Assembly (NCBI GenBank): GCA_964016885.1
Contig: OZ024740.1
Location: 232,934,001 to 232,998,000 of the forward strand
Direction of reading: 5' to 3'
DNA: 64,000 bases
DNA from: Eledone cirrhosa
Lineage: Eukaryota
Shown piece after piece: positions 53,450 to 64,000 of the stretch. Made by a program: the position numbers and the translations under genes. Below the pieces are notes generated by a model. It was not told the origin of the DNA, made no database searches, and saw nothing but the letters and a program-made list of their open reading frames with translations. Position 1 is the first letter of the stretch. Each line of letters begins with the position of its first letter.

Positions 53450-55822
53450 ATACACAGGGAGAAAAAGACGATTATTAGGAAGAAAAATATATTTTTTCCT
53501 TTTATTTTGTTCTCTTTTTTCTGGGTTAGAAAATGTTTAAAACAAAATATTTTACTTGACGTGTGAAGTGTTAAGGTATTAGTTAATTTATTTATTAATT
53601 AACAATAGCATTTATTTATTTATTTATTTATTTAATAATTGTCTATTACCGGTTTCAGCATTTTATGCATTATCAAGGGGAGGAATTTGTATTGGTATAA
53701 AATGCTGGAGAGAAAATAATGTGATGTTAAGGAAATGGGAAAGAAAGAATAATATTATTTACAAACAAGGTTTTTGAAGTAAAAAGAAAAAAAAAGGGGT
53801 GATGTGGAACATGATAAGGTAATGGGAAAGAAAGAATAATATTATTTACAGGCATAGTTCTTGAGGATAAGCAGTTCAAAATGTATTATTATGGCAAGAG
53901 CGCTTGGTTGGTCCATAATGGAGGCAAATAGTAGTCTGGGGTTTGATATGATTTCCCTTTTTAGAGAGTTAATATGCAGGGAGAGGTAATTCAAGGTGGT
54001 CAGACAGGGGAGAGAGAAATGAGATTAGGTAGGGTGTGAGGGAGGTAACTCTTTAGAGAACATAGGAATTGTTCGTTCCAGTTTTTAGTTTAGTCCGAAG
54101 TTTAGTCCATTAAGTAGAGGTTGGAATTTGTTAATGAAGTACGTTTCCTTATTGGTACGATGGATGAAAGAAGCGTTGTCTATAAATTTGTAAATGGAGA
54201 AAATTTTAAAGTTTGGATGTTGATTAGGTGTACAATTGGCGATATGTTCACTAAAAGCAATCTTTCTGTATTCCTGTATTTTGATTTGTGATACGTCATA
54301 CGTTATCGGAGGTTGTTTTTTGTCTGTCCTATGTAGTGCTCTCGACAACCTGAGCAGGTCAAAACATAGATTAGGTTTTCAGATGCACATGTAAAGTTGT
54401 ATTTAACTGTGAAATGTTGTCCTTGTTTAAAATGGAACGTTGAACCTTCTATTAGATTTATGCATATACCACAGTTGGGCCTTCCGCATTTTTTTACTGT
54501 AGAGTTCATTGTGAGGGTTGGTTGGATTTTGGCTTGTGTGAGGATGTTTTTTATGGATTTAGATTGTCTTTTGCTCTTTATGATGTTGTGTGTTTGGAGG
54601 ATTGTGTTCATTCTTGGGTCTCTTTTTAGTAAAGGAATATTCTGGAGGATGATGTCGAATGCCTCATTGTTGAGAGGGTTGTGTGTGGAGATGTATGGTA
54701 GAGTTTTCTGTTGCGGTTCATTCCTGGGTTTGGGGTGCCTGAGTTCCCGGATGTTGAGTTTTAGGGCACGTTGGAATCCATTGTTGATTATGGATGGTGG
54801 GTAGTTTCTGCTGATAAGTGTGTTCTTTAATTCTTCTAGTCGTGTGTAGCATGTGTATTTATCTGAAACTATTGTGCAGATCCTTCTGGCTAGGTTATAA
54901 GAAATTGCAATTTTGGCATGGCGAGGGTGGCACGAGTTAAATGGAAGATATTGTTTGGAGTCTGTGGGTTTGTAGTATATGTCTGTTTCTATTTTGTTGT
55001 TTGTTTTCTTGATGAGGATGTAGAGGATAGGGAGTTGTTCAAATTATAAGTTTTGTGTTGAGTCCATTTAGAAGGGTTTTAAACTCAATCAGACTTTCTA
55101 TACTCTTATGCCAGAGATGAAGCAGTCGTTCAGATATCTCTTCCAGTTTTTTCCATGTGTAGGTAGAAGTTGTTGCTGTATTTGTCTAGAACTTTCGGTA
55201 GAGAGTGGTTTCCAAATATCCCATAACAAGTTTGGCGTATGAGGGGGCTACTTTCGTGAAGATGGTAGTCCCAGATTTCTGTCTGTAGTATTTGGCATCG
55301 AATTCGAAGAAGTTGTTTTCCAAGATGAATTTGAGTCCCTCCAACATAAATTCTTTAGGGATGCGCTGTGGAAGTTCACTAGGGAAATGTTCAAGCCAGA
55401 ATTGTATTGCCTCTATACCTAGGTTGTGTGGGATATTGGAATATAGATTGATGACATCAAAGGTTACTAGTAGGGTATGTTCATTATTAAGTTTTCTTGG
55501 GAGGTGGTTGAGCATGTCAAGGGCGTCCCTTATGAAGCTTTGTATGTGTTTTAGGAAAGGTTTAAGCAGAATATCTAGGAAGTTGCTTAGGCGGTGGGAT
55601 TCACATGTGGTACCTGCTATTATGGGTCTTAATTTAAGGTCATCAGGGTGGGGGGGGGGTATATTGATGTAAATGTCTGTGGCTTGCTTGCAGGCCCTGC
55701 CTATTACTTCGCTTTTGTGTGTCTTTGGGATACCGTAGAAAAGCTGGTTCTGCTTTTGAAATTGGTGATGTAGTTGTATTCCTTGTCGATAAGACCTTCT
55801 TTGTCAAGGGTTGTTAGGGATT
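53450..55822 (-). mobile_element. Penelope-like retroelement (RT plus GIY-YIG endonuclease), 5'-truncated, degenerate, TA-flanked
   Basis: LLVTFDVINLYSNIP, FEFDAKYYRQKSGT..KVAPSYAKLVMG, WKRYLNDC, CGRPNCGIC, LIYVLTCSGCREHYIGQT and ETYFINKFQPLLN. Confidence 0.92.
53647..53680 (-). ncRNA. Hammerhead-like core in the Penelope 3' region (U3-A8 variant, stem I unpaired)
   Basis: Reverse complement: cccc-TTGATAA-t-gca[taaaa]tgc-t-GAAA-ccgg-TA-atag. Confidence 0.5.
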
Positions 55823-55934
55823 TTTATATATATATATATATAAACACAATTTATTTTCGCTCTTAACATGTTGGATACATAAATGTATTTGAGTAAATAA
55901 TAATATCATTATAATATCATACTATTATTAATAA

Positions 55935-56222
55935 GGCCGGTGAATTGGCAGTATCGGTAGAGGGTTGGATGCCATGCTTTGATGCATAGAGTTACGGCCC
56001 TTGCCATTCTGAGTTCAAATCCCGCCGAGGTTAACTTTGCCTTTCATCCTTACGGGGTCGATAAAATAAAGTACCAGTAATGCACTGGGTAATTGCTGGC
56101 CTTGTGCCAAAAGTAGAAACAATTATTAATAAGGGCGGTGTATTGACAGTATCGCTAGAGCGTCAGACACCATGCTTTGAAGCATAGAGTTATGGCCCTT
56201 TGCATTCTGAGTTCAATCCCCA
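55935..56222 (+). mobile_element. SINE plus a second SINE 5' half
   Basis: 55935-56128 is full length. 56133-56222 is the head only. Confidence 0.9.
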
Positions 56223-56847
56223 AAATAGGAACAATTATTAATATTCAGTTTGTTTGCAAACAAACGGCCTCGTAAACACCCTGTGTTAGGTGACCAACGT
56301 AAGCCTTTTGTTCCAGCGGTAACTGAGAAAAAACAATCAACAAAAGTTTCGGAGTTTTTGATCATTATCGAGACTGTATTCTCGTCACTGAACCCGCTGG
56401 AACTGCTGAGAATACATACTATTCTCAAATGTATACATCGGCTCATTAGCCTCATTTGCATACCGAGCAATAAAACTAGGGTTGGGGAATATCAATATAC
56501 ACACAAAGTTTATATGCACCAGTACATACCTAAGAATCTATTACACATAAGAAACACTGTGCAAGTTGCTTTTCTGTGTGTGTACTTGTTCGTGTCAACA
56601 TTAGTAAATTTTATTTTGAGGCGTCACCATTTGGTGGTGTACATGTGCATGTGTGTGTTTCTACACGAAGGAGTTATATGAAAATATATTATATAAACCC
56701 AAATTAGAATTGAAAGATGAGATAACGCTAGTTGAATATGAAAGGCCAGATCTAGATTTCAGCATGTGTATGAACACATACAGACACACAGATACACAAA
56801 CATGTAGAAGTATAATATATATGCATATATATATATAATTGTGTGTG

Positions 56848-56895
<48 letters not shown>

Positions 56896-56938
56896 TATAA
56901 TTGTGTATAAATATAGATATAGATATAGATGTATATAC

Positions 56939-56995
<57 letters not shown>

Positions 56996-57023
56996 TTTCT
57001 CTCTCTCTCTCAATATACATACA

Positions 57024-57089
<66 letters not shown>

Positions 57090-57522
57090 GGTGTGTGTGT
57101 GTATGCGTTTGAATACAAATCCTCACAAAACGCATTATTCATTATTAATGTATTCGTTTTCTTTTCCTTTCTTTTCATTTTAGTTTTTCTTTCACTCCAC
57201 CTCACTCTCTAGTAAACTTTTCTCATTAAGGCTTCAATATCATATCTGTTTAACCGCTCAGCCTCTCCCATGAGGACACTGCGACTGTCGGTTCGCCTCA
57301 TCACTTGCCACACCAATGTCGAAACACCATCTTCTCTCGTTCCATTTCACTTAGTTCCTTAATCTGAAGATTTGTATAAACTCGATCTTTATTTATTTCT
57401 CTTTGTTGTCTTAATTTCCCTTGACATGGTATTTGACAGAAGCCAAAAAAATTAACAAAATCCAAACAAATCCCACCCATCTTTTTACCTTCTTTCTTTC
57501 TCTCTCTCTCAATATACATACA

Positions 57523-57564
<42 letters not shown>

Positions 57565-57567
57565 AAA

Positions 57568-57684
<117 letters not shown>

Positions 57685-57764
57685 CATATATATATATACA
57701 TACGTACATATATATATATATATACATACATATATATATGTGTGTTTGTGGGTGGGTGTGTTTG

Positions 57765-57799
<35 letters not shown>

Positions 57800-58154
57800 G
57801 TATATATATATGCTTGTATATGCATAGATATATATATACATGTACATATATACTAAAGTTGTTTTTGTACCTTCTGCGGTTGGTCATGGTTAGTGCTGTT
57901 GTTATTGCTGCAGTTGATGTTCTTGTTACATATTTGTTTGCGTTGTTTATTTTTCTATTTCATGTGTTGTTATCATTATTATTCAACTTCTTGTTTTACC
58001 TGAGAAAAAATTTTCCATCATTATCCTCAGCATTTTCAAAGTTTTAAATCTCGTCAGTGGAGCGTTGATAATAATAACAATAATAACAATAATAACAAGT
58101 ACAACAACACCACCACCAACAACAACTACAGAAACAACAACAGTCATAATAATA

Positions 58155-58627
58155 ATAATTGTTTCTACTTTTGGTACAAGGCCAGCAAATACCCAGTGCA
58201 TTACTGGTACTTTATTTTATCGACCCCGTAAGGATGAAAGGCAAAGTCAACCTCGGCGGGATTTGAACTCAAATAATAATTGTTTCTACTTTTGGCACAA
58301 GGCCAGCAATAACCCAGTGCATTACTGGTACGTTATTTTATCGACCCAGTAATGACGTCGATAAAATAAAATAGATTCGTGTGTTATATTCGAATTTTGA
58401 AGCATTTTGTTGTAATGTGGTATACATTCTTATCTAGGTATACACTTTTCTTTCTTTTGATTGTTATCACTAGATATATGTAATTGTATAAATAATAAAA
58501 ATAATAATAATGGTTTCTTATATAGGCACAAGGCTAGCAATTTTTCGGGAAGGGAAAGTCGATTAAATCGACCCCAGTGCGTGACTGGTACTTTATTTTA
58601 ACGACCCCGTAAGGATGAAAGGCAAAG
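58155..58627 (-). mobile_element. Three SINE 3' fragments
   Basis: 58155-58270, 58274-58348 and 58505-58627. Confidence 0.8.
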
Positions 58628-58639
58628 AATAATAATAAT

Positions 58640-58808
58640 TATAATGATAATGATAACAATTTTTGTTCTATGTCTTTTTTTATTTTCTTATATAAATAAT
58701 AAAAATATTTACACGCACAAAACCCACATCGTACCGTCCTGTGCCGTCTGTAATGTTTTTCTTGATGTCAGCCCTTGGGGCCAATAAAGAAATCATTATT
58801 ATTATTAT
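58640..58808 (+). mobile_element. Tx1/L1 extreme 3' fragment with (ATT)n tail
   Basis: gtcagcccttggggccaataaagaaatcattattatt. Confidence 0.6.
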
Positions 58809-58811
58809 CAT

Positions 58812-58998
58812 TGAATTGGTAGTAACGGTAGAGGGTCGGACATGCTTTCCAGCGTAGTTACGTCCCTTTATGATCTGAGTTCAAATCCCGCCGAGGATAA
58901 CTTTGCCTTTCATCCTTATAGGTTCGATAAAATAAAGTACCAGTAATGCACTAGTTAATTGCTGGCCTTGTGCCAAAAGTAGAAACAATTATTATTAT
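58812..58998 (+). mobile_element. SINE copy
   Basis: Matches the consensus. Confidence 0.88.
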
Positions 58999-59457
58999 TT
59001 CTCTTGTGGAAACTTGGGGGTTAGATTATATTTTTATCCCTATTTTCGTCATCTTCTGCATTTTCCATTTACGTGAGTAGACGATTGTGTCAAAAGGTTA
59101 ACTGAATCGATTTAACACATTTTGGTTTAAGCGATTTTTTATATGCATATACAATGTCATCGTGTGTAGAAATAATATAAATCAAATGTTCTGGAGCGGT
59201 TTATGTCATTCTTGGAATTCATTTTGCACACACACATAAAAACATAATATCATAGTGTTTTTAAACAGGATCGCCCCAATGGTTTATTATATCTCGGAAT
59301 ACATAATCGCACTCAAATCTCTTCACATTGACACAAACACACACACTCACAGGCACACACACACACGCGCGCGCATATATATATATATATAATGTCATAT
59401 ATATATATATTTATATATATATGTATATATATTTATATATATATGTATATATATATT

Positions 59458-59579
<122 letters not shown>

Positions 59580-60099
59580 TAAAAAAATAATGAATAAAAC
59601 AATGAAACAGTTCCTTATATTAAACAAAAAAAGTTCATTATTTAACGATCGTTTCTAGGATATATATGTGTTAGAATTGGCATGCATATTCAACAGATCT
59701 ATGTACAAAATTATACAAAATTATACAAACTATCAAGATTAAATATACATACCAAATCTTGATAGTTTATATTATATATATATATATATTAACTACAATT
59801 GCGACGTGAGTAATTCAAGCGCCTAGTGTTTCATACCATGATACATATCAAATGACATGCAGCTCTAGGTCAGCGGCTTCCAGTCAGTGGTCTGCAAGTA
59901 TACCGAGAGTCGTGTGTTATATTCGAATGCTGAAGTACTTTGTTGTAATTTGGTATACATTCTTCTCTAGGTATACACTTTTCTTTCTTTTGATTGTTAT
60001 CACTAGATATATGTAATTGTATAAAAATGAAAGTGCTCCCTGGGTGAGCGAATGGTTTTGAACGAGAGACATATGATCGGGTGTTACATGCGCAGCAGA

Positions 60100-60705
60100 T
60101 TCATTTATTTAAAAGATTACATAAACCCCAGTTTAGAAAGATTATCTAATCTTGTAAATAAATGAAGCTGACAAGATTCACCCTGGCAACATCGGCTATG
60201 GTAAAGCTGAATGTCAAATAGAGGAGCAACTCCATCAGTTTTCAAACGAAGCTCAAATAATACAAGTCCTTGGGGATTTCGATCCCTTTGTGTGTGAAAG
60301 TTGGACTCTCACAGCTGACATGGAACGAAGAATCCAGTCAATGGAGCACATGTGTTTCAGCAGTTTGCTACACATCCCGTACACAGAGCTTAAAAACAAA
60401 CAGCTTTGTTAACAAAAATGTTGGCAAACAGGAAACCCTCTTTTTGGTTTGGTCGTGAAAGGATGAAGGCTTGCCTCGTATCCGGCGCAACTCCTTGTCT
60501 AAAAGACATCCTTCAAGACACAGTCGAGGGGAGCGATGGAGAGGCAGAAAAATAAAATCCTGGTTCCAGAACATCAAAGAATGGACTGGGCACAACACCG
60601 ACACCCTTCTACACACGACGCAGAATAGAGACCAATGGTGACGACTGATTATGGCACTCTGACAAAGACAGGCTGGACCAGTTGTGGGAACATAATTGAT
60701 TGACA
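60100..60705 (+). mobile_element. RTE LINE 3' fragment
   Basis: Manual translation gives RRIQSMEHMCF..LLHIPYTE, VGKQETL and RWRGRKIKSWFQNIKEWTG. Confidence 0.75.
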
Positions 60706-60948
60706 TGATAATCTCTACTCAGAGAGTTTTCCTGCCTGTTTTCTAAAACCATACAAATATACATACACAAAAATGCATATATACATATTCATACATAGAT
60801 ACTTATATACGTACTTACGTACATGCATGCATATACAGATACATACATAGTTACATTTATACATACACTTACATAAATACACATGTGCTATATATATATA
60901 TATTCACATATATATGTCAGTATACATACGTATATATATATATATATA

Positions 60949-61154
60949 TAGGAAAATGTTCGAGACCCCGACGGCAGAGCTCAAGCTGTTTCGACGGGTA
61001 TTTCTGGACTACAGTAGTCCAGAAATAGCCGTCGAAACGGATTGATCTCTGCCACCGGGGTCTCGAACATCTTCCAATTACCCACTCTACTACCCTAAGT
61101 ATTGAGTACTCTGGTGCGTTATGGTCCACCTGGTTCCTTACCACACTTCCTTCG

Positions 61155-61157
<3 letters not shown>
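60949..61157 (+). mobile_element. Family A fold-back element
   Basis: Hairpin centre about 61013, tail to ...ttcgtta, TA-flanked. Confidence 0.75.
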
Positions 61158-61213
<56 letters not shown>

Positions 61214-62632
61214 ATTCGTTTGCAAGCAAACGACACGACAAGTCTATGCTTCGCCTTGATAACCAATCGTCATCCGATTGTTCAACTGTAACATCGAGGA
61301 ACAATCAACATGTTTCTGGGTCATTACCCTTCATCACGACTGTCTACCTCCATGCCACTCTGTTGAACGTTTGAAAATATATAGTATATTCTGAAGTATA
61401 CATCGGCTTATTGGCCTCATTTTCATACCGAACGATTTACGGCTGCCTTGCCAAAAATAAAAAAATAAAATTAGTATTTTATTCCTCGCTCTAGTTTATT
61501 TCTTGCGTTCTACATGCCAGCCATTCTATCAGATTTAATTAACTCCTGAGCAATGGTGAATTTATAATTTGCCTTTTCTCTGTTTTCTAAGGTACTGAAA
61601 CAACCCCAACTCAGGATTAAATCTAGTGCGCACAGTCCTTCGTTTTTTGTCCACAAACATATGGCATATAAAGAGAAGTTGTTTACATCTCTCTATTACC
61701 CACAGTGTTGGATAAACTAAAACCTATAGATATATCACGCACAGTATAGAATAGCATTTACTTATGGCTCTTTAGATTATGAGTTCAAATCATGCCGATA
61801 ACATGTTTGATATTAATCTTTCCTTGGACGATGAAATAAGTACCAGTTAACTACTGGAGACGAAATACTTCTCGAGCCGAAGATAAATTAATGCCCATGG
61901 GACTACACTTGTAACATTAAGTCGATCGTGTACGCGGCAGAAGTAATACCTTAAATAAGCAGCTTGTCAACGACCCCGCAAAATATGTCGGTCTGCTGGA
62001 AGTGGAAGGCAGGCAAACAGTTTCGTTGATATGCTTCAATATTCATCTAGACACATCGTTTCCATTTTCTTTTCTTTAAACTCAATGTAACACTTGCCTT
62101 CAGTTATAGATAGACTGATTGCACCTGTTTACATATGTGATACGCTTTATACCTGTATATCGATACTTAAACATATTTTCACATGTATACTTACCATTTT
62201 TAATGAAGCTAAGTGTTTGTTTCTGAGTGTATGTGTGTTTGTGTGTGAGTGTGTGTGTGTGTGTCTGTGTGTCTATGTGTATCGTTAATAAATATGTGTT
62301 TGTGACTGACAGGCTAATAGTTTACAACATACTAATAGAGATAACGTATGTTTATTAGCAGCAAATATTGTTCAGTTTCTTTGATTAATTATTTTCAAAT
62401 GTTTCCATAAGATACTCCTTATTTATCGTTCAACTATATCTAAACACATTAAGCGGTGGAGCGGCTAGCTGTTAACGTTTGCATATTATGAAAGTTCCGT
62501 TTGATCACGAAATCAATGGCAGCTGATGATGTAAAATGTTACGATGAACGATGAACGATGAATAAACACATAAATGAGTATGTATGTATGTATGTATGTA
62601 TGTATGTATGTATGTATGTATGTATGTATTTA

Positions 62633-62715
<83 letters not shown>

Positions 62716-62718
<3 letters not shown>

Positions 62719-63005
62719 TTTCTTTAGTCAGAATACGGCGATAGTTTATATTTCTAATTTAAAACCCGCTTGCTGTTTAGAAAATATTCTTACGTGACAT
62801 ATTACACTTACTAAGATTATAGCTTCTAATTAGAATGAAAGAAGATGGGTGATGGGTTGGTGTAATGGTAGCACAGAGGTCGGGATAACTGAAGATGTGG
62901 GTTCGATATCTTTTTCCATTTCTCCGAGGGTTCTGAACTATCAGGCTAAATAATTTCTTTAATTTCTTTAGTCAAAATACAGTGATAGCTTATATTTCTA
63001 ATTTC
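62716..63005 (+). other. TA-flanked unit with ~45-bp terminal direct repeats enclosing a tRNA-like segment
   Basis: taatttctttagtca.aatac.g.gatag.ttatatttctaattt occurs at about 62716 and 62960. ggtgtaatggtagcac...gggttcgat lies at 62859-62908. Confidence 0.55.
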
Positions 63006-63367
63006 ATATATATATATAAGAGATAACAAGTTATCGTTATAGGTAATCCACTTAGAGGTTTTGAATATTCCATAATGTGGATAGTTTTAGCGTACGGCGT
63101 TGTTTGACTCAACAAGAGGTTTCTTTAGGTAGCGAGTTTGTGAGTTCTCGGGAATTCCTATGTAAGTTAATCTTGGAGTAATAATAGTAAAAGAGTGAAG
63201 AATAACATGGTCAACAGTACAAGAAGGGTTTTATTTACAGTATTAACAATTGTTTCATTGGTTAAGTTGTCTTAAAATAGCTAATCACTTGAAGTTGTGT
63301 CACTCAATTTAAAAAATGATGTATGCTTAACCAAATCATCAGATATATATATACATATATATATATG

Positions 63368-63408
<41 letters not shown>

Positions 63409-63430
63409 ATACATATATATATACATATAC

Positions 63431-63463
<33 letters not shown>

Positions 63464-63590
63464 CTTATATATATATATATATATATATACATATATATAT
63501 GTATATATACATATATATATGTGTATATGAATGAATGTATATATATATACGTATATATATAAGTATATAATGGATATATATATATATATA

Positions 63591-63810
63591 TAGTAATAAT
63601 AATAGATTTGAAGACTAAAATCCAAAGAGGGCTCGATAAGGATAAATATATATCAAATATATAAGAACCGTAGAGCAAATATTTATTAAAATAACAGATT
63701 AAAGTTTCAGCGAAGAACCGCTGCTTTCACCCTTAACGGGATCTTCTGAAGATTCCGTTAAGGGTGAAAGCAGCGATTCTTTGCTTAAACTTTAATCTGT
63801 TATTTTAATA
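63591..63810. mobile_element. Family E fold-back element
   Basis: Arms about 63685-63746 and 63748-63810, centred on cttc-t-gaag. Tail 63591-63684. TA-flanked. Confidence 0.75.
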
Positions 63811-63900
63811 TATATATATATATATATAACATATATAACATATATACATATATATATATACATATATATATATACATATATATATATGAATATATATATA

Positions 63901-63946
<46 letters not shown>

Positions 63947-64000
63947 CATATACATATATATGTATGTGTCTGTGAGTGTGTGTGTGTGTGTGTGTTTGGT

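Noticed and set aside
62859-62915. Functional tRNA gene (also 1118-1173 and the SINE heads)
   Set aside because: Acceptor and T stems do not close, so these are tRNA-derived remnants only.

Overview
AT-rich, microsatellite-laden eukaryotic genomic DNA, very likely cephalopod (octopus-like; inferred from the (TA)n/(CA)n density, the SINE type and a C2H2 fragment). I find no intact host gene, and nearly all track ORFs are translated microsatellites. The window is mostly transposon debris: a full-length but frameshifted L1/Tx1-clade LINE sitting in (TCTA)n (about 12.5-17.9 kb), a decayed Penelope-like element (RT plus GIY-YIG, minus strand, 53.4-55.8 kb), RTE LINE fragments, a mariner fragment, MITEs, a Helentron-like element, a 40-bp minisatellite and roughly 30 copies or fragments of one tRNA-derived SINE. 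The most striking signal is a set of several sequence-unrelated, non-coding families nested in (TA)n tracts that form asymmetric inverted repeats and carry minimal type I hammerhead ribozymes (HHRs). These include canonical cores, U3-A8 and A4 core variants, and a family that always folds back inside stem II. They look like Penelope pLTR/retrozyme-type elements. Other notable items are a SINE 3' tail resembling the Tx1 LINE tail and a C2H2 zinc-finger segment embedded in an RTE 3' end. All structures were read by eye, so boundaries are approximate.
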